From the NCBI RefSeq assembly GCF_006345805.1, contig NC_042998.1, positions 51,026,001 through 51,090,000 on the forward strand: 64,000 nucleotides of DNA. Reading direction: 5' to 3'. Both the position numbers and the translations under genes were made by a program. Each line of letters opens with the position of its first letter. The first letter of the stretch is position 1. The stretch is from Octopus sinensis. Its lineage: Eukaryota. Below, one piece after another: positions 1 through 12,134 of the stretch. The notes under the pieces are model-generated. The model saw only the letters and a list, made by a program, of their open reading frames with translations. It did not search any database and was not told the DNA's origin.

Positions 1-278
1 AACGAGATAGTTCTAGTAAAAAAAAAAGTATTTTAACAGTATTTTGTGGCATAGAAAATCATAAATTTATTCTGTATGAATCCTTTTTTGACCCCTAAAT
101 ATTTATAATTGTATATAAATTCATTAGTTACTATAATTTATTAGTTTCTTTTACATATTCTTAGTTTATGCATGTGTATGCAAATATAGTATCGGTATAT
201 CCCATTTATGTTCATTAGAAATTAAATAAATGAAGAATTTTGACATGTACGAATATTTATTCCTCCCACTGTATGTAT

Positions 279-282
<4 letters not shown>

Positions 283-318
<36 letters not shown>

Positions 319-617
319 TTAGCGTCCGTTTTCCATGCTAGCATGAGTTGGACGGTTCAACTGGGGTCTGTGAAGCTGGAAGGCTTCATCAGGCCCAGTC
401 AGATCTGGCAGTGTTTCTACGGCTGGATGCCCTTCCTAACGCCAACCACTCCGTGAGTGTAGTGGGTGCTTTTTACGTGCCACCCGCACAGGTGCCAGAC
501 AGAGCTGGCAAACGGCCACGAACGGATGGCCCTTTTTATGTGCCACCGGCACGGGGGCCAGGCGAGGCTGGCAACGGACACGAACGGATGGTGCTTTTTA
601 CGTGCCACCGGCATGAG
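283..617 (-). mobile_element. (GAT)n-tailed SINE family C copy
   Basis: Near-identical to 34866-35225; internal repeated ttttacgtgccaccggcac units. Confidence 0.85.
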
Positions 618-801
618 GCCATATATATATATATATATAATTGTGTAAATGTGTATAGAATAATCTATCAGTTGGATAAAGTTAAAACAAGGCATGAAAA
701 CCAGACCATGTTTTAACTTTATTCAACTGACATATATATATATATTATATATATTTATATAATATAGAGAGACAGACACACACACAGAGAAGACAGAGAC
801 C

Positions 802-846
<45 letters not shown>

Positions 847-1557
847 GACCAGCTCAGAGTGAATTATGTCTTAGCTATTGATACAGCTTAGCACTAGTGA
901 AAGGAAAAAAAACCACCCATCAACCTTTCAGTTGATAGTACAATATATTATCAACTAAAACCATTTGTAACTGTGGGTCCTAATGGGTTGGTCAACAGTA
1001 TTTGTAGGAAACTAGAAGTTTTAGTTATTGATTAACTAAGAAAGTCTCTTTTTAGTGAAAGCTCTACTTTCATCAAGTGAAAACACGTTTAGTACAATAC
1101 TAGAAAGTCACACAATAACTAGAAAGCCATTTCTAAAAATGGGTAATTCTTAAAATATTATATATCTTGTATTAGATAATAGTCATCAGATTTTGTTCAA
1201 CCTAGGGAAAAGAATATACTGGCATAATCACTGTCGTTGACCATCATCATTGTCATCACTATCGCCCGTGTTGTTATCAATATCTTCTTTGTTGCCGGGC
1301 AAAAAGCTTAGCTGCATTTTGTCCATCTTAACATTCTGCATTAAAATTTTACCAAGATTTACTTTGCCTGTCATCCTTTCAGGGTTGATAAAATAAGTAC
1401 CAGTTGAGTACTAGGGTTGATGTAACTGACTAACTCCTCCCCAATTTTGCTGACCTTGTGCCAAAATTTGAAACGAATCTCTTCTTTCTCCTTCTCCTTC
1501 TCATCATCATCACTTAACATCTAGCTTCCATAGATTGAACGGTTCAGCAGGGTCTGT

Positions 1558-1835
1558 TGAGCTGGAGAAATGTGTTTTGCTCTGATGAGCTAGAGTACTG
1601 TATTATACTCTGATGAGATGGAGGACTGTGTGATGCTCTGATGAGCTGGAGTACTGTATTGTGCTCTGATGAGCTGGAGAACTGTGTGATGCTTTGATGA
1701 GCCGAAGAACTTTGCTGTGCTCTAATGAGCTGGAGAACTGTGTCATCCTTTGATGAGCTAGAGAACTGTGTTGTATTCTGATGAGCTGGAGAACTATGTT
1801 GTGCTCTGTTGAGCAGGAGAACTGTCATGCTCTAA
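1558..1835. repeat. 28-bp minisatellite, about 10 diverged units
   Basis: Consensus tgagctggagaactgtgttgtgctctga; units start every 28 bp from 1558 to 1810. Confidence 0.9.
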
Positions 1836-2871
1836 TACTTGGTCCTTTATTCATGGTGTCAGCAATAATGAAGATCACCTTGTAACTTGCAGGGGTAAGG
1901 GCCTAAAGTGGACCCTATAACTGTGGGATAATAGAAGAGAAGGAATGTTATGATTTTATATAAGGAATGATGGGGGTTTAAATAAAATGAGAAGAACAGA
2001 TTTATAGTTATGATAGGGTGCTAGTGGAGAGAGTAACAAAGTAATAGCTTAGGTACTAACAGAGGAGGGAATATGACAAGGAACAGAAACAAGTCAAGGA
2101 AAGGGATAAGAATCAGAGGTGACTGAGCAACAGAAGGGACAGAATGATAAAATGGTAAGGTATGTTGTATAGAAAATATTTAGAGCCATCCTATAGCATA
2201 AAGACAAGTATGGACAGTAAGTGTAAGGGAAAAGGGACAAGAAGGGAGCAATATACTAGAATAGAAAGGAATTCTGAGAAATTCATTGAAGGAAAATGAG
2301 GTGTAGGGGTTATGAAGAGAAGAGGAGGGTAAAGATGTAAAGTGATGTTGAAGAGGACAAAAAGCTGCAAGGAGAGGGCAGAGATAAAGTGAGACAGAAA
2401 GTGAGGGAGCAGTGGGTCAGTGCAGTAACAGTAGTAAATGAGAGGTTGGAATGATGTGTGTGTTTATACACATATATACATATATATTTTTTTTTTCTCA
2501 CCTGATGAAAGAAGCTGTGCATATTCATCACTTTTTGCACGTTTCATCGGTTACTTATGAACATCATTGTTATTATGTAATTCTGAGTTTCCAGAAACAG
2601 CTGTTGAGTTAAAAACTATGCTTTCTCTCTGCATTATTCTGTATTTTTTATGTAACTTTATTTGTCTATATACATATAAACACCTATATGCTTGCACAAA
2701 CGTGTTTATCTTCTGAATATACTTAGTTATATGTATCTGTGTGTGAGTATATGTGTGTATGTGTATCTGTATGTGTGTGTGTATATATACATATATGAAA
2801 CCTTATCATGTTTATCTGATTCATTATTTGTGTATGTGTATGTATATATATATATATATAAATCCTTTTCT

Positions 2872-2910
<39 letters not shown>

Positions 2911-3160
2911 CACACACATATACATTTTTTTGTAGTTTCAGCTCATAGCTGTGGCCATGCTGGAGCGCTGCCATTTTGCTACACTTTTATTACTGACATC
3001 TTCCTTTAATATATGGCACTTGGTGTAGAATGGAGTTTGATGTAGCTACCCTCATTTGCACCTCTTGCCGTGAGGTACATATACATACATACATGTATCT
3101 TTGTTGGAAACTGGCTCCCTCTTCAATGGAAGATTTATAACAATTAAAAAACTAGAAGAG

Positions 3161-3197
<37 letters not shown>

Positions 3198-3231
3198 TAT
3201 GTATGTATGTATGTATGTATATATATATATA

Positions 3232-3392
3232 TACCGGAGTAAACACATAAATGTGAAACAAGGTGGAAAAAAGAGTACTCAAATACCAGGGGTAGAGTAA
3301 TATGCTTTATTTAAAAGCAGCAGAAATTCAACAAAACCTGTTACTCGGAGTTTCACATTCCCGTTCGTCGGACAGTTTTAACAAAAACTGTC
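3232..3392 (-). mobile_element. Solo Penelope-like pseudo-LTR fragment
   Basis: Hammerhead followed by AATAAA; terminal fold-back gacagtttt/aaaactgtc; flanked by (TA)n. Confidence 0.55.
3338..3375 (-). ncRNA. Minimal type I hammerhead ribozyme in a Penelope-like pseudo-LTR
   Basis: Minus strand: CTGT CCGACGA ACG-GGAA-TGT GAAA CTC-C-GAG TA ACAG. Stem I CTGT/ACAG, core CYGANGA, stem II, GAAA, near-palindromic stem III, GUA cleavage triplet. Confidence 0.7.
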
Positions 3393-3415
3393 ACATATAT
3401 ATGGATGGATGGATG

Positions 3416-3519
<104 letters not shown>

Positions 3520-3900
3520 TTTATATATATAGATATAAATATTTAACTACTGAATCTTCTATTCAGTTGATGGGTTTTTGCATTGGGTATCAAGAGAATG
3601 TGTAAAGGTGTGAAAGTACTCATTCTCATACAACGATGTCTTTCATTTTAATAATTAATCTATTGAATCACAAAACTTAATGACAAATTATAAAGTTTGA
3701 TTTTAATAGAAATTTTAGAAAAGATCAAATAGTTTGGAAGTAATTTAGTATCCATTATTAAATTGGTGTGTTTATTAATAATTTCTTATTACAAATATCT
3801 AGATGGGAGTAAATGAAATTGCTATGTATATAATACTCTCAAAAGCACTAACGGAACTCATGTGAGACAAGACGACAGATACACTACACCACAGTAGGAG

Positions 3901-4135
3901 CTTATTTCTACTCCATGGTACTTATTCATGAAAACATTTCTTTCACTTGGTCTTCACTCCAGCTTTATTATTTTAGTGTCTTTGTCTAAGCTCTTTCAAC
4001 ACACATCCTGTGACCTCATCAGTGACTCTCTATCACATGTGTCTCTTCTTGTTCTGCTTAGTCGATTTTAAGCTTATTTATACTCCACAGTACTTATTCA
4101 TGAAAACATTGCTTTCATTTGGTCTTCATTTCAGC

Positions 4136-4145
<10 letters not shown>
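3901..4145 (-). mobile_element. Penelope-like pseudo-LTR, about 1.4 tandem units (period about 173 bp), with a decayed hammerhead
   Basis: 3901-3972 is repeated at 4074-4145. Minus strand order: TATAAATA, CTGATGA...GAAA (3984-4026), AATAAA. Ends against (TTA)n. Confidence 0.5.
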
Positions 4146-4187
<42 letters not shown>

Positions 4188-4867
4188 GTAGTAGTAGTAG
4201 TATTATCATCATCATCATCATCATTATTATTATCATCATTATTATTAGCATTATTATTATTATTATCATTCATTCAAGTGTGGCCAATCCCAATGCTGCC
4301 TGACTGGCACCCATGCTGGTGGAACGTAAAAAGCACCATCTGAGCATATTATAAACTTAAATACTAACTTATCAGATGGTATCAGTGAATATTGATCAAT
4401 TGGTATATACTGGTATTTAATAAAGAAGTACTGAGGTAACTATGAATTAACTTAATTATAATCAAAGCAGTTTATTTTAAGTAGTGAATATACCAGTATT
4501 ATTATATATAAGCTAAGTGACAAGCAAAATCTATAACAAGTCTTTCTTCCTGATTCTTTAGTAGCTTCTAAGTGGAAATAAAGGCAACATGTTCTTTGTC
4601 TATCTCTTTAACTTCTTGGAGATTTCAGGCAAAATTATACTGATGTGTGGATCTGGTTTAATTTAATTAAATTCTATGCCTTCGTGCAGCTGAGGATTGC
4701 TCTGCATTTAAATTGATGTAATGATTGCACTGTTCAGTTAAATGGAGTTGCATGAAACGATCATACTGCATTACCTCTGGATATCCTTGTTGCTTATTTT
4801 TTATTCAATATATATATATTTTTATTATATATATATATGATAGATAGATAGATAGATAGATAGATAT

Positions 4868-4915
<48 letters not shown>

Positions 4916-5808
4916 GCATTTAACATATGTAGGTAGAGTTGTATGTATTTAATAACAATTTGATGCAGCTTCTCATAGTTTAAAGATTTGAAAGCATACA
5001 ACATATCCCTTCAATGGATGCTCAGAGTTAGAATCTAACTTTGAAGATTGGAAGGTGTGCTACATCCCTGAAAATTAAAGTAATGTGGAATGATGGCAAA
5101 CTGTGATTGAATGTGTGTGTGTCCATCTGTTCATCAGTCCATATATCAGTAAAAGTGCTCGTGCAGTGCCACGTGAAAGCAACCAGCACACTCAGTAAAG
5201 TGGTTGGCATTAGGAAGGGTATCCAGCCATAGAAACCATGCCAAATCAGACTGGAGTCTGGGGAAGCTCCCCAGCTTGCCAGCTCTGGTCAAATCGTCCA
5301 GCCAGCATGGACAACGAATTCTAAATGATGATGGTGATGATGATGATATATATATATATATATATATACATACATACAAGATGGACATGTACTTTCATCA
5401 GTCTCTATCTATCAAATCCCTTCACAAGGCACTGGTTACTCAGGGCTGTAGTAGAAGACACTTGCCCAAGTCATCATGCAGTGGGATGGACCCTAAAACC
5501 ATGTGATTGATAAGCAAATTTCTTACTTCACTGTCACACACACACAATATATATACACATACAGAGAGAGAGAGAGAGAGAGAGCAAGAGAGAGAGAGAC
5601 AAAACAAAAGAAAAGATTGATAACTCTGTCAACAGATAAAATACTTCTAGGATAAATAATATGCTGAGGTCAATGAAGACAACTATTTTTGTTTGTCCGG
5701 CACACATGTTTATGCATATGTAGGTGTGTTTGTGTGTGCATGTACGTATGAGTGAACGTTAGTGACAGACTGACAAATCCATTACTTATTATTATTATTA
5801 TTATTATT

Positions 5809-6364
5809 GAGTGAGAGAGCAGTGCATGCCATCAAAGTGACACTGGGGTAAAATATACGAAGCCCAGTATACCCAGCATGACTACCCGTCTGATAAGGGT
5901 ACACCAGGCACATGTATCACAACCATATGTGCGCAACATCGTGATCTCATAACAAGATAAATAGCGCATGAACTTGCGGGTGGGGCCCAGTTAGAATTTT
6001 CTTCTGGTCGGGTAACCCATCCCACTCAAAAGGTCCCTGATTAAGGGTTGTTTAAGGATGTTGAATGAAACACCCATGTTTCCAGAGGTGAATTATTCAA
6101 ACCCCAAAGAATCTCTCTCAACACATGGCTATGATGCTCCCCACTACTTTTGCTCGTGATCAGAGATGCACATATCGTCAGCCACTAAGGGACATGCTCA
6201 ACTGGTTATGGTCAAACAACTGACAAGCAAATCTGTGGTATTGAGCAGAATATTTGCTGTAGCCCATCTTTTATACCAAGACAAAACAATGTACATGATA
6301 ACACTTCCAGTCAGTTAAGATCAGAAGCCATGAGAGTCACTGCCTGGTACTGCATCAGAGCATT
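5809..6364. mobile_element. About 555-bp non-coding interspersed element set within a (TTA)n array
   Basis: GC-richer block with TTA repeats abutting both ends; recalled as a common octopus repeat. Confidence 0.55.
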
Positions 6365-6402
6365 TATTATTATTATTATTGTTTTTATTATTATTATTAT
6401 TA

Positions 6403-6435
<33 letters not shown>

Positions 6436-6483
6436 CATTATTATTATTAAGGTGGGAAGCTGGCAGAATCATTAACATGCGCT

Positions 6484-6638
6484 GGAGTGGTTGTGTGGTA
6501 AGTAGCTTGCTTACGAACCACATGGTTCCGAGTTCAGTCCCACTGCATGGCACCTTGGGCAAGTGTCTTTTACTATAGCCTCAGGCTGACCAAAGCCTCA
6601 TGAGTGGATTTGGTAGTTGGAAACTGAAAAAGCCCGTC

Positions 6639-6681
<43 letters not shown>

Positions 6682-6855
6682 CGCGTCTGTACCCCCACCA
6701 TCGCTTGACAACCAATGCTGGTGAGTTTACGTACACATAACTTAGCGGTTTGGCAAAAGAGACTGATCGAATAAGTCCTGGGGTTGATTTGTTTGACTAA
6801 AGGCGGTGCTCCAGCATGGCCACTGTCAAATGACTGTAACAAATAAAAGAATAAA
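6484..6855 (+). mobile_element. SINE family A copy
   Basis: Colinear with 46541-46998. Confidence 0.85.
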
Positions 6856-6864
6856 TGAAAATAA

Positions 6865-7229
6865 TGCCAAAGTACTTAGCAGCATTTCATCTGTCCTTAT
6901 CTTCTGAGTTCAATTAAGTACCAGTTGTGTACTGGGGTCAATCTGATCTACTGGCCCCCTCCCCACAAAATTTCAGGTCATGTGCCTATAGTAGAAAGGA
7001 TTATTATTATTACTATTAAGGAAACGAGCTGGCAGAATCGTTAACATGCCAGACAAAATGCTTAGCAGTCTTTCATCCGTCTCTATGTTCTAAGTCTAAA
7101 TTCCACTGAGATCGACTTTGCCTTTCAACCTTTCTGGGTTGATAAAATAAGTACCAGTTGAGTACTGGGGGTCAACGTATTCATTTCATCCCCCTACGCC
7201 AAAATTTGAAACCATTATGATTATGATTA

Positions 7230-7260
<31 letters not shown>

Positions 7261-7960
7261 AATTATTATTATTTTTATTATCAATATTATTAAGGCGGCG
7301 AGCTGGCAGAATCGTTAGCATGCCAGATGAAATGCTTAGTGGTATTTTGTCTGCCGCTACATTCTCAGTTCAAATTCCGCCAAGGTTGACTTTGCCTTTC
7401 ACCGTTTTGGGATCAATAAAATTAAGTACAAGTGAATCACTGGGGTTGATATTATCGACTAGTCCCCTCCTGCCAAATTTCAGGCCTTATGCCTGTAGTA
7501 GTATTATAATTACTATTAAGGTGATGAGTTGGCAGAATCGTTAGCACACTGGGTGAAATGCTTAGCGGTATTTCGCCTGCTGCTACCTTCTGAGTTCAAA
7601 TTCCACTGAGGTCAACTTTGCTTTTCATCCTTTCGAGGTTGATAAGTTAAGTACCAATTGAACACAGGGGTCAATGTAACTGACACATCCCCTCCCCCAC
7701 AAAGGGCTATCCTTGTGGCAAAATTTGAAACCATTTTATTATTAAGGTGCAAGCTGGCAATATTTAGCCTGCTGGACAAAATGCTTAGTGGTATTTTGTC
7801 TGCCCCTACATTGTGAGTTCAAATTCTGTCAAGGTTGACTTTGCCTTTTATCCTTTCAAGGTTGATAAATTAAGTACCAGTTGTGTAGTGGATCAATGTA
7901 ATCACTTATTCCCATCTCCACAAGTTCCAGGCATTGTACATATAGTAGAAAAGATTATTA
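6865..7960 (+). mobile_element. Head-to-tail cluster of about 5 SINE family B copies
   Basis: Repeated aaggcggcgagctggcagaatcgttagc...gactttgcctttcatccttt..ataaattaagtaccag, separated by (TTA)n. Confidence 0.85.
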
Positions 7961-7971
7961 TTATTATTATT

Positions 7972-8275
7972 GGAGGTGCAATGGCCCAGTGGTTAGGGCA
8001 GCGGACTCGTGGTCAGAGGATCATGGTTTCAATTCCCAGACTGGGCGTTGTGTGTGTTTATTGAGCGAAAATACCTAAAGCTCCACGAGGCTCCAGCAAA
8101 GGGTGGCAGTGACCCCATGTTGTACTCTTTTACCCCAACTTTCTCTCACTCTTTCTTCCTGTTTCTTAGGTAATTCTGCAATGGACTGGTGTCCTGTCCA
8201 GCTGGGGGGAACACATACACCACAGAAACCGGGAAACCGGGCCCACGAGCCTGGATAGGCTTGAAAAGGGTGAAA
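7972..8275 (+). mobile_element. tRNA-head SINE with the same 5' 190 bp as 59627-60138 but a different 3' module
   Basis: ggaggtgcaatggcccagtggttagg head; diverges after ttcctgtttc; TTA tail. Confidence 0.75.
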
Positions 8276-8320
8276 GAATTATCATTATTATTATTAATAT
8301 TATTATTATTATTATTATTA

Positions 8321-8356
<36 letters not shown>

Positions 8357-9178
8357 AATAATAGTTTACAGTTGTAATTTCTTTGCTTTTCCTTCACTGA
8401 TGTTGCAACAGTTCATTGTTGCTTATATTCTGTACAAACCACTAGCTACACTGCATCAATAAATTCCAAAGCTACAAACCTCATCTAGATTTTGTCATCT
8501 TCCTTTTTTTTTTTTGTATTTTTAAACTTCAAATTATAGTTCATACATAAATTATTCTAACTAATTATTAGTACCAATCTTTAACAGAACACTATGATGG
8601 TTTTAGAATCAACTGTTCTTTAACTGCATTACGGAAAAATAAAAAAGAAACGCTTGCATTATTTTCAACCTGATAATTAAGTTTAAGCAACATGGAAACA
8701 ATGTAAGTCAAACAACATTTGGATTTCAAAAATTTTTGAAAGGAAAGCATATATTTTTAAGTAACAACCAACTGACTATTCTTTGTTGAGATATTTTATT
8801 AAACTTTCCTAAGAATTAATTACATGTCGTGTTAAAATATTTCTATAAAAGATTTTTTTTTTTAAATTATATCAATTTGCAGGCAATATTCTATTCTTGG
8901 ACAAAAATAATTTGTAATATTTGTAAAGATGATCTGTTCCAAAACCATTATTGGTCATAAAATTTGTCTTCTTCCACAAACTGCATTAATGTGTGTATTT
9001 GTGTGTGTGTGTGGGTGGGTGCAAATATGTGTGCATGTGTATGTATGAGGAGGTTTATAGAAAACATCCTTGTACATACATATATAATATATATATATAT
9101 ATATATATACATACATATATACATACATACATTTATATACATACATACATACATACATACATACATACATACATACAT

Positions 9179-9226
<48 letters not shown>

Positions 9227-10372
9227 ATGTATGTATATATACACACACATACGGGTTTGAACACATACATATATGCATGAAGAGATTTTGGATAAAAAGG
9301 AAAATAACATCAAAACAAAGAAAAGAAATTATTTAATGCTATTGCAAAGAACTTTCATTTTAAGAGAAGCGGTCATTACGCCACTGTAAAACAAAAATAT
9401 TTTATTCTATAGCAAATATTTATTACATGATTTTCAAAGAGGTTCTATTCTCAGCAAAGAATTGATTGAATATTATGTAAGAATGTTCTGTTTTAAGTAC
9501 TTCCCATTTTATGCACAGAATTTCTCATTCCAGAACATTTATTTTCTTAAATCACTACAATCTTTCTATTCTTAAATCAGAGCCAAAATAAAAGGCTTTT
9601 GGTCAGTTTCTCCATTTATGATGCACTTTACTTAAGTAAAGCACAATGTTACAAAGCAAGAAAGAAAACAGGTCACTCGCAAGTCAAGGTCAGAAATAGA
9701 ATTAGGAGAATATAGAAAAACAAATGCAAAAACAACATAGGGAGCGAATTATAAAACTAGATGTTTATTTTCGTATGAATGGTCCTTCACTTGTATAATT
9801 GAAATGAGAATTTGTTACACTCATACCTTTCCTAAATATATTAATGATATACCCTAAGCAGGCATGGCTGTGTGGTTAAGAATCTTGTTCCCATTCATGT
9901 GGACCTGGGCTCAATCCCACCTTGAGCGAGTGTCTTCAACTATAGCCTTGAGCCAATTAAAACCATGTGAGTGGATTTGGAAGATGAAAACTGCAAAGAG
10001 CCCATCACATAGCAGCTGATGATGGGCATGTATACTTGTTTATGCTTGATTGTGAAATTCTTATATCTTAGTCTCATTATCTTGAGTTGTCCTTCATAAT
10101 TGTAAAGTGGAAAGGGCATGTGGTTACTTGGCAAGCAAAAAAGAAAAAAAAAATTAGAATCCTAATAATACCTATTTCAACACACGATTTCACATGAGGA
10201 ATCCTTTAAAACAAATACTTAAATGTAATAATGTTTGCGGATAGTTTGTGGGGATCACTTACATTTATATTGGTTGGCTTGTATTCATAGGTAATTTAAT
10301 TAAGCTTAAATAATGCCTAGATATTGGTGTCTAGCTTTAGGAGATTCTTTGGCATATATATGTAGACACACA

Positions 10373-10435
<63 letters not shown>

Positions 10436-10445
10436 ACACACAAAT

Positions 10446-10838
10446 GATGAGGGAAATGGAAGACAGATTTAGCACAATGATTGTTTCAACCCACACTTAG
10501 CTGTCGCTTATGGATAGGATATTGTGCATCTAGTCCTGTTGCATCAACCAATCAGTGCAGGTTGTGTCACTTCAGGTGCTTGGTGTGAAAAATGAGATCC
10601 TACAAGATGTACAGAGTTCTCCTTGGGCATATTGTTCTCACTCGTTGTACTTGGGTACATTGACAGTGGGATATCTTCTCTTTACACCAAGCATCTGAAG
10701 TGACACAGCCTGTACTGACTGATGCAACACAACTAGACACACAATATCCTATCCCCAAGGAACAGTCACAGGATGGGTCAAAACAATCTTCATGCTGAAT
10801 AAAGATTCGTACTAAATCCATCTTCCGTTTCCTTCATC
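10446..10838. repeat. About 390-bp diverged palindrome
   Basis: gatgagggaaatggaagacagatttag...ggataggatattgtg mirrored by caatatcctatcc...ctaaatccatcttccgtttccttcatc. Confidence 0.8.
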
Positions 10839-12097
10839 AATTATAAACTCAACAAACACTGCGGATTTCCTGTTGTAGATCCAGTGAAAATTATATTGCA
10901 ATAGTGGATGACATCTGGTAGCCTGAACGGTGAATATGCTTTAATCAACATACTAATAGATATATACCCAAAGTCCAAATAGTTACATATACATATATAG
11001 ACTATATATGTATGTATATGTAGTCTATATATGTATGTATATAGTCCAAATAGTTACATATACATACATATAAGACTATTGAAAAGGTTGCAAGATGCAA
11101 CGAAAATTTTAGGAAAATAAAAATAAGGGATAAGTGGAAATTTTACCAGTGAATGAGTTAAATTATAAGGCACAAAAAGAAAATGACTCTCCCCAGACAA
11201 CATAATATACTTCAACACACAAACTCACATAAAGAATCTTGCAAACCAAATTCCCCAAACGAAATATATATATATATAACATTAAGAAAATGGAGGGGAT
11301 CAATAGGGGATTCATCAACTTTTAGACATTTTAACTTATTTATTTTACTAAACTGACAATTACAATAATATACATAGATGTATAACATATGCTTTATATA
11401 TAAAATATAAAATATATATATATATATATACATGTATACATATATATTGTGTATGCGTGTGTATGCGTATACCCTTGTCTAGACATCACATGATGGATAT
11501 AAACCATATCATCATCATCATTGTCACACAAGTAAGGTTGTTTCTTTCCAGTCTTTTTTGATAAACATGTCTAGCTTTAAGAAAATAATATCTTGCTTGG
11601 AAATAGGTGAGAATTAGTGACTGAAGGGCATCCAGACACAGATTAAAAATCAAAATCTGCTTCAACAAATTCTGTTTGACCCATGCGAGCATGGAAAAGT
11701 GGACTTTAAATATTAATGATGATGATGGTGGGGGTGATGATGATGATCTATTAGGAATTATATATAAATAAACTTCAATTGATCTACTTAGACTGTCATA
11801 CATTATCTTATCTATGACAGATCTATTTAGAATGCCTTGTTTCAGACTGAGTTGTGAGGCAAATTCAAGCTAGATGATCATCTGAAGAGGCAAATGTATT
11901 AAAACTTGTCATGGTAAGTTGTGGCATTGAATAGAAGACTCAGTACTGTGCCCTGGGATAAGCTGCATGTTACATGTAATTGTGCTAATAACATTTAATT
12001 ACAACAATTTCAGTATAGATTTTGCGTATGTTGCAACATGCTGTAGAATATGCATGAGACTCTCAAGGTTGGAAAGTCTTTGCAAAAAAAAACCAAA

Positions 12098-12134
<37 letters not shown>

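Noticed and set aside
348-716. 122-aa ORF repeated at 34920
   Set aside because: Chance frame in a young SINE C subfamily.
1558-1835. CRISPR-like periodic repeat
   Set aside because: Contiguous 28-bp units with no unique spacers, in eukaryotic context; it is a minisatellite.
2502-2547. Minus-strand MKRAKSDEYAQLLSS|gtgaga mini-exon
   Set aside because: Good donor but only 15 codons with an in-frame stop just upstream; cannot be supported without RNA data.
11846-11913. Plus-strand exon-like segment ending ATG|gtaagt
   Set aside because: Stops in all frames and no linked downstream exon; antisense to the better-supported gene.
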